DNA of 64,000 nucleotides from a virus: IMG/VR virus record IMGVR_UViG_3300031962_000001, positions 28,915 to 92,914 of that record; one strand, 5' to 3'. Shown piece by piece: positions 56,380 to 64,000 of this stretch (position 1 is its first letter; each line of letters starts with the position of its first letter). The notes under the pieces were generated by a model. It saw only the letters and a program-made list of their open reading frames with translations, ran no database searches and was not told where the DNA came from. The position numbers and the translations under genes were made by a program.

Positions 56380-56904
56380 ATGGGCGGATATTATGGATTG
56401 CCGATTTTCAAACAGCACGAACTGACTAGCGTGAAGCGACTGCGGGAAGGCGCTATGCACAAGCTCCCCGACGGCAGCGGATTCTTCACTGCTACTATCC
56501 AAACGCCAAAGACAAAGGAAGGCGGACCCGGCTCAGGACCGCAAGGCGGACGGCATCCAAAGGCGAAATCTAAAAAAGTCTCTGACGCACGACAGTCGGC
56601 TCTAGATCTTAAGCAGAACAAGAAACATCTTGTTGCTGCAGACAAGCACGACAGAGCAGAAAATGAGCATTATGAGAAGATGAAGGAAGAAGAACAGTAC
56701 GATCACGACAGAGCCGCTAACCTGCATGACAGAGCTTCGACTCTACACTCTGAAGCTTCTGAAGCGCATCGTGCAGCGATGGAAGATCCTGGGAATCGTG
56801 GAAAACATGGAAAGGCTGAAACTGCTTCTTGGCGTGCTTGGAACGCATCTACTCATGCAGACAACGCATCTGATGATGCTCAAGATGAAGATTGGGAGAA
56901 ATAA
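56380..56904 (+). CDS. Putative head-associated protein (GGPGSG motif, His/Ala-rich helices)
   Basis: KEGGPGSG; TAATG-coupled to portal. Confidence 0.55.
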   Translation: MGGYYGLPIFKQHELTSVKRLREGAMHKLPDGSGFFTATIQTPKTKEGGPGSGPQGGRHPKAKSKKVSDARQSALDLKQNKKHLVAADKHDRAENEHYEKMKEEEQYDHDRAANLHDRASTLHSEASEAHRAAMEDPGNRGKHGKAETASWRAWNASTHADNASDDAQDEDWEK

Positions 56905-59543
56905 TGGCAACCTCAGTCAACAATCCTACGAACGCGCCTCCCATCAAGGGTCAGGCGCTCCCGTTCATTCGCAAGGAGTCCGGCGCAATTACCGCCAACG
57001 CGAACAAAGACGCGTTCAACGACGGTAAGGACTACAAGGACGAAGGCGCTCCTCTGCTGACTACAAACTACGGCATCAAGCCTATAGCGCCATATGGCTT
57101 CATCACCAATCCGCTGGTCTTGCCGCCGACTCGAGAGGAAATGGAAGCGTTGTCCCATCCCGACGAGTCCAGTCAGACGCAGATACAATATCTGAAGGAA
57201 GCCGTCGTGATGGACATAGACGCCAAGATAATCGTGTCCACAATGGAGCAGATGAAGCGCGGCGTCTTCAGAGAAGCGCACTATCCTACGATGCTGGACT
57301 ATATCGCCAGTCCACACTACAAGAAGCTCCGAGAAGCCAAGGCAGTGGCTGAGCGTCTGGTGGGGATTGGAAACAAAACTCGTCTGCGTGAAAGCGACGC
57401 AACGATAGCGGGCGTCAGGCTCAATCCACGCCTGGTCTACGCCATCAACAAGGTGGACAAGACGGTTATCCAAGGACTCCAGAAAAAGGGATTCGACAAG
57501 GAACTCAAGCGCCTGCAAGAGTCCTTCGCTGGCAGCGGAGTGCGTCTCAAGGAAGACAGCTTCACAATGGAGCCGAACTGGGACGGTGGCATGTCCGGCT
57601 CCCTAGCTGGTAGACAGCCAGACTTTACTCCTCTTATCGCTGGCCCGTTCAACAAGCAGTTATATTGGTTTGACTATTTGGACATGCACTCCAAATGCTT
57701 CGAGGCGAGCACGCACAATCCGGTTGCAAAGCGCATCATCAAGGTCATAACGCAATTCGTCCTAGGCAAGGGAGTAAAGCTCACAGTCCAGAGAGCAATC
57801 CGTAAGAGCGACAGGCTCAAAGCGAAGCAAGACACTGCGCAGCTCGCTTCCAAATTAGTTGGCACAGGAAAGCAGCCTCCTATTACGATACAAGATTTCA
57901 CTGAGCAATGCCAATCTGAATTGGACCAGCACTGGACGCAGAACCAGTTGCATATTCGCAGCAAGCAAATTCTCAAGGACCTGCTGACTTTCGGAGAGCA
58001 GTTCATTCGCTACTTCGACGCGCCTTGGGGACTCAAGATTCGCCAGATAGACCCGTCCACTGTCTGGGAAGTAGTGACCGATCCTGACGATTGCGAAAAC
58101 GAGTTCTACCTCCATCAGCAATATCCAACTCGTTACCAGTGGTATGTAGACCTGCCAGTCCCAACGATCAAATTCATTATTCGCCAAGTTCCGGCTGCGC
58201 TCTACTATCACATGAAAATCAATTCCACTTCTGGCGAAGTGCGAGGCAGATCAGAGCTGTTCGCAATCCTTGGTTGGTTGAAGCGCTTGAAGGAATGGGC
58301 ATCCGATCGCGTCGTGAGAAACAAGATGGCCAATCTCTTTATTCTCGACGTGGCGGTAGAGGGAGACTTAGGAGCTGTGCAGGCTGTTCAACAACAGTTC
58401 AGCACTCCGCCCACTCCGGGCTCCTTCTTCGTGCATAACAAGGCGGCAGAACTCCAAGGAGTCAACGTAGAAATCGGAGCCAACGATGCGTCTGGAGACT
58501 GGGAAATCTTCATGACATTGGCCGCGATGGGAGCTGGTCTGTCTAAAGAATATCTTGGCATGTCTACAGACGGTGGGAAGGCTGGCGCATTGGTCGGCAC
58601 CGAGCCGGACATCAAATCGTTCGAGGACTACCAAGAGCTGATGGAACAGTTCTTCCTGCAAGACGCTCAGCGACTGTTCCAGAGGATCAAAGAGCGTGGT
58701 CAGCTCCCACAAGATGTAGAAGTAACGATAGAAACTACGTATCCAAGTCTAGCGGAGGAAAACAGATCTGAGAAGCTGAAGGACTTCGCGTTCGGTGAAT
58801 CTATGTCTTGGTGGTCTCATCGCAGGACTGCTACTGCCGCCGCTAAAGAAATGCAGATGACTAGCTACAATTACGACGAAGAGCAGAAGCAGATAGCTAT
58901 GGAAGATGCAATGAAACAAGTCTTGCTCAACACAGCCTACCAGCAGGTGACGAAGGGCGTAGACAATTCTAAGTCTGCCACTGGGGGTGGTGGTACAAGC
59001 TCTGGAGGTAGCGGCAAGGGTGCAAGTGGTATGGGGATGGGCAGACTTCCCGGTGCTACCTCCAGCAGCAAACAGTCAGACAGTACGGACGCTCTGACTG
59101 GAGACCAGGGCTATTTGACAGAGGCAGAAGATGAAGACGACGAAGGACTTTCGGCGACTGCGCCAGGAACGGCGTTCCCAGCGAGAGGCTCAACAATCGC
59201 AACTACTCACAATGCTTCAATGGGAGATAAGAGGAATCCTTGGCGAGGCACAGAGGTTGACGCAAGCTCTGGAAGACGGGACCATTACAGAGGACAGGAT
59301 CCTAGAGATATTGCTTCTGGTATTAAGCGTGAAGCAACGAATCTCAGATATGAACGTAGGGCCATCGGGCGGAAAAATGACCGTGTGCAAACTCCTGATA
59401 AAAGACGAGATCAGAAGAGCATGGACCGGGGCGAAATCATCGCTGATGCCAGACAAGCGCTCAGCTCCGGAAATCTAGGCCACGAGTCCAAGAAAAAGAT
59501 ACGCCGATTCCCCCGCGAAGCAGACGACCGGAGGTCCCTTTGA
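56904..59543 (+). CDS. Portal protein with long N- and C-terminal extensions
   Basis: NP.AKRII....FVLG.G, GE.FI, IDP..V..V.TDP.D, RGRSEL..I..WL; position after terminase. Confidence 0.8.
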   Translation: MATSVNNPTNAPPIKGQALPFIRKESGAITANANKDAFNDGKDYKDEGAPLLTTNYGIKPIAPYGFITNPLVLPPTREEMEALSHPDESSQTQIQYLKEAVVMDIDAKIIVSTMEQMKRGVFREAHYPTMLDYIASPHYKKLREAKAVAERLVGIGNKTRLRESDATIAGVRLNPRLVYAINKVDKTVIQGLQKKGFDKELKRLQESFAGSGVRLKEDSFTMEPNWDGGMSGSLAGRQPDFTPLIAGPFNKQLYWFDYLDMHSKCFEASTHNPVAKRIIKVITQFVLGKGVKLTVQRAIRKSDRLKAKQDTAQLASKLVGTGKQPPITIQDFTEQCQSELDQHWTQNQLHIRSKQILKDLLTFGEQFIRYFDAPWGLKIRQIDPSTVWEVVTDPDDCENEFYLHQQYPTRYQWYVDLPVPTIKFIIRQVPAALYYHMKINSTSGEVRGRSELFAILGWLKRLKEWASDRVVRNKMANLFILDVAVEGDLGAVQAVQQQFSTPPTPGSFFVHNKAAELQGVNVEIGANDASGDWEIFMTLAAMGAGLSKEYLGMSTDGGKAGALVGTEPDIKSFEDYQELMEQFFLQDAQRLFQRIKERGQLPQDVEVTIETTYPSLAEENRSEKLKDFAFGESMSWWSHRRTATAAAKEMQMTSYNYDEEQKQIAMEDAMKQVLLNTAYQQVTKGVDNSKSATGGGGTSSGGSGKGASGMGMGRLPGATSSSKQSDSTDALTGDQGYLTEAEDEDDEGLSATAPGTAFPARGSTIATTHNASMGDKRNPWRGTEVDASSGRRDHYRGQDPRDIASGIKREATNLRYERRAIGRKNDRVQTPDKRRDQKSMDRGEIIADARQALSSGNLGHESKKKIRRFPREADDRRSL

Positions 59544-59919
59544 GAGTCGATTTACTGAACACGGAATCAAAGGACAAAGATGGGGCATCCACAAGGCGAA
59601 GGACATATCCACGTGGAGCAAGGTGGGCGCGGCCGAAGGCAGCAACGTTGGTGGATACTACAGAGACCCAGCAGGCATAAAATATTACGTCAAGTTCTAC
59701 AACAGCAATGAACAGGGAAGATCTGAAATCCTAGCGAACAGCATCTACTTGCCAAAGAAGAAAAAGACGCAAGAGTCCATGGAGCCTTTCAAGCCACAGG
59801 ATGGCGACCAGCTCCAGAAGCCAAGAGTTCTTCCTGTAGAAGACCACAACGCCGCTCCACGTCCTACAGGAAAAGTAAATCCAAGAGGGTGGGGTGCTAG
59901 CAAGAAAGAAAGGATTTAG
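59540..59919 (+). pseudogene. Frameshifted HGIKG-motif ORF with kinase-like N-lobe fragment, or +1 extension of portal
   Basis: EHGIKGQRWG lies in a frame with no upstream start; GSNVGGYY...YYVK...E.LAN, then diverges. Confidence 0.5.
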
Positions 59920-60207
59920 ATGAGTGAAGCCACTGCGACTATTATAGCGACAATCATTGGAGGTATCGTGGTCATCCTTGTAGCGGTCGTGGGTGGCATG
60001 CTCTCTTGGATGTTCGCCATAGTGCGGCGAATCGAGAGCTATCGTAGTGAGTGGAAAGAAGACCTAGAACGCCATCGCGGTGATTGGAAAGAAGATCTAG
60101 AAAGACTCTCCGGGCGGGTCAACGGAATCGGCCAGCAACTCCGCGAAGTCCCAAAGCGCAAGTCAGACCGCGCCAGATATAACGATGAGGACACGGAGCA
60201 TGAATGA
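59920..60207 (+). CDS. Membrane protein (TM + coiled coil)
   Basis: Long hydrophobic N-terminus; WKEDLER occurs twice. Confidence 0.6.
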   Translation: MSEATATIIATIIGGIVVILVAVVGGMLSWMFAIVRRIESYRSEWKEDLERHRGDWKEDLERLSGRVNGIGQQLREVPKRKSDRARYNDEDTEHE

Positions 60208-60455
60208 GTTGTCTCTACTTCAAAGAAACAACTTCAAAGAACGCAAAGACACGTCAGTGGGAAGTTGAGAACGTAGACACCGGAGCCGCTCTAGGCTTCA
60301 TTCGTTTCTTCAGAGGCTGGATGAAGTATGTGTTTGCACCTCTAGCTGGCACAGTATACGATGAAAGTTTCTTGGAGGAGATCTTGAAGTTTACTAAGAT
60401 ACAGACAGAGGAATGGAGAGCGAAGCAGAAACCAAGGAGCGCTGGTGACGCTTGA
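60204..60455 (+). CDS. Hypothetical protein
   Basis: ATGA overlap, GGAG RBS. Confidence 0.55.
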   Translation: MSCLYFKETTSKNAKTRQWEVENVDTGAALGFIRFFRGWMKYVFAPLAGTVYDESFLEEILKFTKIQTEEWRAKQKPRSAGDA

Positions 60456-60714
60456 GAGTTTCATTCTGGCGATTGGTAGCTCCGCTGCGACCGCAGCCAT
60501 ATTCCTTCTAAGAGCCGGTATGAACCAAGGAAGGTTCGAGCAGAAAGTGGAGGGAGGACTTAAGAATCTTGGTGAACAGATCAATGGTGTGGGAAAGAAA
60601 GTGAACGATAACCAAGTTGCGACCGACAAGCGCATCCGCAATCTCTCAGTAATTGTCCAGTTCTGCGCCCCGGAGGATAAGGAGAAGGACGTAGCCGCAC
60701 TACTTAAGGAGTAG
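60445..60714 (+). CDS. Small membrane protein
   Basis: AAGGAG RBS; N-terminal TM. Confidence 0.55.
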   Translation: MTLESFILAIGSSAATAAIFLLRAGMNQGRFEQKVEGGLKNLGEQINGVGKKVNDNQVATDKRIRNLSVIVQFCAPEDKEKDVAALLKE

Positions 60715-60732
60715 AACTCAGGGGCCAAAAAC

Positions 60733-61032
60733 ATGAGTGGTAGAATCATAGATGGAGACAGTTCAGAAGCACGACTGGCGACGATAGTAATGTCAATGCT
60801 GCGCAAGCGTACAGACGAGAACTGGAGGTTTCTTGACCATGCTGATTTCGAAAGTATGCTCAAGCCACACATCGAGATAGAGAAAATTCTCAGAGCGCTC
60901 GACGAATTGCGTGAGCACAGAATTACGATCAGACACCATGGGGTAGAGCGAGATCGACTGATAGATCGGGAACGGTTTTTATTCACGCAGATATTCAATC
61001 TGCAGGCAGAGATATCGATGCAAGAGTTCTAA
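60733..61032 (+). CDS. Hypothetical protein
   Basis: ATG with GGGG RBS. Confidence 0.55.
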   Translation: MSGRIIDGDSSEARLATIVMSMLRKRTDENWRFLDHADFESMLKPHIEIEKILRALDELREHRITIRHHGVERDRLIDRERFLFTQIFNLQAEISMQEF

Positions 61033-61189
61033 ACGGAGGATGCGTGGAGTGGCGAGAGCATTTGAGCGGCTTTTTTGTAGGATTGTTTCTTGGTTTGTGC
61101 CTCGCCACACTCGCATATCTGTTCCTGCATTCGTAAGCGCAGAAATTCCCGTCAAAAATCGGTAGAATTCCCCAGATGGAAATTGTTAT

Positions 61190-61215
61190 GCCTTACCCTA
61201 CGTAGGAAAATCTAT
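61190..61215. repeat. 26-bp dispersed repeat, copy 2
   Basis: Matches 14985-15010. Confidence 0.85.
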
Positions 61216-61303
61216 CGCCTTACCACGGGCTCCCTCCTCGTGCCTCCATCATGTGTAGAGTGCGAAATTTTGTATGCTAGGCAATCCCTAAAGGAGAACA
61301 ATC

Positions 61304-61579
61304 ATGAAAGAATTACCGAAATATCAGTGTCACAAAGAAGTGCAGGCTCTAAAGATCAAAGAAATGGCTGTGCACTTCGCGGTAGATGGAGTATCTATCT
61401 CAAATGTCACAATTACTCCAGAAGAGGAGGGGTACGATTCGTTCGAAGTTTCGAAAGAGTATTACGAGAAGCACTTGCCTTACGTGGGAGGATACTACGT
61501 CGTCTATAAGGATGGCTACAAGTCATTCTCACCGGCAGAGGCGTTCGAAGACGGATACACTAGGGTACAAGGAGAATAA
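61304..61579 (+). CDS. Conserved small phage protein
   Basis: KY.CHK.V.A and GGYYVVY.DGY.SFSP..AFE.GY pattern. Confidence 0.7.
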   Translation: MKELPKYQCHKEVQALKIKEMAVHFAVDGVSISNVTITPEEEGYDSFEVSKEYYEKHLPYVGGYYVVYKDGYKSFSPAEAFEDGYTRVQGE

Positions 61580-61581
61580 TC

Positions 61582-62211
61582 ATGTTCACAATCGTAATTC
61601 TGTTCATACTGGCGGTTCTAGCTTTTGAGCTGATCTCAAGAGGCTGGGACCCGCGCAATACGTTCAATCGCAGGATGCCGCGCTATGCCCATCGCAGAGG
61701 CAAAGTCAGAGTATCCAAGGAAGCTGGCATGGCTATGCTTCTGGCAGAACTTGTTGCGGTGGGAATATTGGGCGTTCTGCTGGCGATAGCTCTGCCGAAC
61801 ATCGTAACCATGATGCGCTATCAGCGAGCACAGAACGCTCTTGTCATGATGAGAGCGGTTCAGGCTGGCGAATCGTGGTACGACATGACATACGGAAATG
61901 GCTTCGCAGATCCGCTATTCCTAGTTGGCTACCCAGGTCAACCTCGCACATGCGACAATCCGAAGATGCTGAACATGGCCTACGCTCCCAATGGCATAAT
62001 CTACGGATACCAGTTCACGTTCTCGCATGGCGAAGATGCGCATCAATTGCCGCCTCCGCCGGGATGTTCTAACGGCGGATGGAGCAGTTTCAAATTCACT
62101 GCAACGCCAGTGATGGGAGGCAGAAGCTGGTACGTAGACCCAACATCCGGGATACGATATTCCGATACCGGACCAGCGAATGCCGAATCAGAATTCTGGA
62201 GGGGAAATTGA
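61582..62211 (+). CDS. Type IV pilin-like protein with extra N-terminal TM
   Basis: G-MAMLLAELVAVGILGVLLAIALPN helix; two Cys; GYQF...F..TATPV..R...D..G. Confidence 0.65.
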   Translation: MFTIVILFILAVLAFELISRGWDPRNTFNRRMPRYAHRRGKVRVSKEAGMAMLLAELVAVGILGVLLAIALPNIVTMMRYQRAQNALVMMRAVQAGESWYDMTYGNGFADPLFLVGYPGQPRTCDNPKMLNMAYAPNGIIYGYQFTFSHGEDAHQLPPPPGCSNGGWSSFKFTATPVMGGRSWYVDPTSGIRYSDTGPANAESEFWRGN

Positions 62212-62516
62212 TAACCCACTATTGGATAGTCCATCATGTGCCAGAGAGCAAAGGCAGCAAGGAGTTCTTCAGAGTGTTCACCAGCTGGACTGTTCTCCTG
62301 ATGTCGCTCTACAAGTTCCAGACCTGCAGTCTATCGTCGCATTCCGCTTGGCTTACGCCATTCAGGATATTCAGCTTCGCCGAAGACAGGCTCATCATCA
62401 ACGACGTAACTCTATTAGTCCAGCAGGAAGCGGAGCACTACAATCCTACAGACGCAGACTGGCAGATGGAAGAGCCGGGAATGCCGATATTCGAGACTGG
62501 GAGATCGTGGCAATGA
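62208..62516 (+). CDS. Hypothetical protein
   Basis: GGAGG RBS, TTGA overlap. Confidence 0.5.
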   Translation: MITHYWIVHHVPESKGSKEFFRVFTSWTVLLMSLYKFQTCSLSSHSAWLTPFRIFSFAEDRLIINDVTLLVQQEAEHYNPTDADWQMEEPGMPIFETGRSWQ

Positions 62517-62803
62517 CTTACATCTATATCAGCTATACCGGAAAGGACGGCAAGTTCCTCGGAGGCTGCTTCAGTCAGATAACCGGAGCTGGCGATAGAG
62601 TATTCCATTGCATAGACGCGAGCGGAATTCCCAGAGAAGAGATAAGCCAGATGCTCATAGGTCCGGTCGCCGAGAAGTCTTTCCCGAAGGATCACAAGTT
62701 CCACAACAGGCTTCTGTCCAGGCAAGAAGTCGAAGAAGCCACTGGTGAAGAGACGTTCAAGGTGAGCGACATGTTGAAGGAGGCAAGTGACTATGAGAAC
62801 TAG
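62513..62803 (+). CDS. Hypothetical protein
   Basis: GGAG RBS, ATGA overlap. Confidence 0.55.
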   Translation: MTYIYISYTGKDGKFLGGCFSQITGAGDRVFHCIDASGIPREEISQMLIGPVAEKSFPKDHKFHNRLLSRQEVEEATGEETFKVSDMLKEASDYEN

Positions 62804-63077
62804 ACAAGAGATACTCCAAGGCATCAAGCTGAAGCAGAGAATAGGACGCGCTGGCGACGCTGATATTCTGTACGCAATCCTGGAAGTCTTGTTGGACTTC
62901 CGCGACATGCTGGCTCCTACGATGACGATAGACGCCAGCAAGATAGACAAGATAGACACAAGAGAGCTTGACGACTCAGGAAGAAAAATCACAGGAAGGG
63001 GAAGCAATGTCCAGAGCGAAGCACCACAGGAAGAGTTCAGAAATGGCCATGAATCGCAGGAAGACTGGTGGCGATAG
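62793..63077 (+). CDS. Hypothetical protein
   Basis: AGGAGG RBS. Confidence 0.5.
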   Translation: MRTRQEILQGIKLKQRIGRAGDADILYAILEVLLDFRDMLAPTMTIDASKIDKIDTRELDDSGRKITGRGSNVQSEAPQEEFRNGHESQEDWWR

Positions 63078-63459
63078 TCTGCCAAGAGAAGTTCTGAGGA
63101 CAGAGAAAGATACAGAGCTAGTCCCAGTATTCAAGCCGATGTTTGAGCTGGAGTATTACGATGAAGCGAGATTCGTCCAAGTCTTGCTGGAATTCATCTG
63201 CGATAGATGCAGTCGCAAGTGGCATCTGGAAGCCTGGATAGGCGAATCGGAAAGCCACCCAATTACTATAGCGAGCATCTCCGACTATCATACTACGAGC
63301 CTCAATCCTCCAACGTTCCACATCAACCCAGTGGACATCTCAGAATCGGCCTGGACACCATGCATAGGAAAGTTCATTCTCATGACAATCTGGAAAGTTC
63401 ATGCATCGTTGAATCCCACGACAATCCCCGAGGGCAATCGTTCCCCTAGTGGCTCATAG
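63007..63459 (+). CDS. Hypothetical protein
   Basis: AAGGGG RBS before ATG 63007. Confidence 0.45.
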   Translation: MSRAKHHRKSSEMAMNRRKTGGDSLPREVLRTEKDTELVPVFKPMFELEYYDEARFVQVLLEFICDRCSRKWHLEAWIGESESHPITIASISDYHTTSLNPPTFHINPVDISESAWTPCIGKFILMTIWKVHASLNPTTIPEGNRSPSGS

Positions 63460-63519
63460 TATCGTAGTCAAGTAGAGAGTGGTAAGCAAAGCAATAGAAA
63501 GAGTCTGTAGCGCAGCTTG

Positions 63520-63935
63520 TCAGGAGCGTCATATCCAACTGAGTACAGGACAGAATTGGAGCGAGCAAGAAGGAGCTATGCAGATTCTGTTGGTGCTTGA
63601 GAGTAATCTAGTTGGTATTTGCCAGTTCTATGGGACAAACCTGGCATCTGAGAGCGCTATGCAGCGAATTGGTAGGACAAACTTGGCATCTACCCAATAT
63701 GCCCAGTTCTATCTCTCAGATGGAATCTGTCTAGCTCGCTTCGCTATCGCTCAGCTCGCGTCATATCTAGCGGATTCTCGCTGGCTCTCGTCATATCTGC
63801 GTGGCTCTATGGCTCGCTGGACATGGATAGCCCTCTCGCTCGCTGAGAATCCGTCATATCCTCTGCGAATCTCGCTCTCTGCGAGGGGTAATCATGGTCA
63901 CAGGAGAAAGAGTAATGGTCCGTCATATCCTGGGC
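63520..63935. repeat. Cluster of short direct repeats (CGTCATATC x5 and others)
   Basis: Copies at 63527, 63759, 63789, 63852, 63921. Confidence 0.75.
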
Positions 63936-64000
63936 GGTATAGTAGCGCATGGCACACTTGGCCGTATTCTTCTGGGATTCTGTGACTCCGGTTGGGGTCT

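Noticed and set aside
7084-59516. RFPR as a DNA or RNA repeat element
   Set aside because: Synonymous positions vary and copies are in frame, indicating peptide-level constraint
61090-61509. 139-aa ORF containing EFPR
   Set aside because: Spans an intergenic repeat and overlaps the better gene 61304-61579; not counted as a tag
63520-63935. CRISPR array
   Set aside because: Repeats only 9 bp with irregular spacing; no cas genes
63479-63985. 168-aa ORF
   Set aside because: Runs through the repeat cluster; no RBS; non-protein-like composition
1-64000. Other minus-strand ORFs (e.g. 9479-10582, 22642-23709, 28287-29204)
   Set aside because: Overlap well-supported + strand genes and show no recognisable motifs
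1-64000. Apparent abundance of CTAG/TCTAGA
   Set aside because: Impression only; needs an observed/expected tetranucleotide count

Overview
A 64-kb segment of a tailed dsDNA phage genome; every credible gene is on the + strand. Gene order: neck/tail module with an M15 peptidase, a frameshifting tail chaperone and tape measure protein (1-15 kb); replication genes (SF2 helicase, putative origin, DnaB-like helicase, primase); a ~0.9-kb structured noncoding region behind a sigma70 promoter and boxA; FtsK and many small genes; a sigma-like factor and a charge-block protein; a thymidine-modification cluster (two glycosyltransferases, aGPT-Pplase1, dUMP hydroxymethylase-like, Nmad1, UDG-fused PolA); recombination genes (UvsY, gp32-like SSB, RecA, 5' nuclease, SbcCD, resolvase); a second sigma-like factor and Mor-like activator; a terminase split into separate ATPase and nuclease genes; portal; a pilin-like gene; and a repeat-rich end. 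No capsid or prohead protease gene was recognised in the window. The most striking unexplained signal is the peptide R-[FY]-P-R: I count 23 copies in 13 unrelated proteins, mostly at termini and with varying codons, which suggests a phage-wide protein address tag. Candidate partners in the window are the large RNA, the acidic/basic block protein and the SSB acidic tail. All assignments come from motif recognition by eye; no searches were run.
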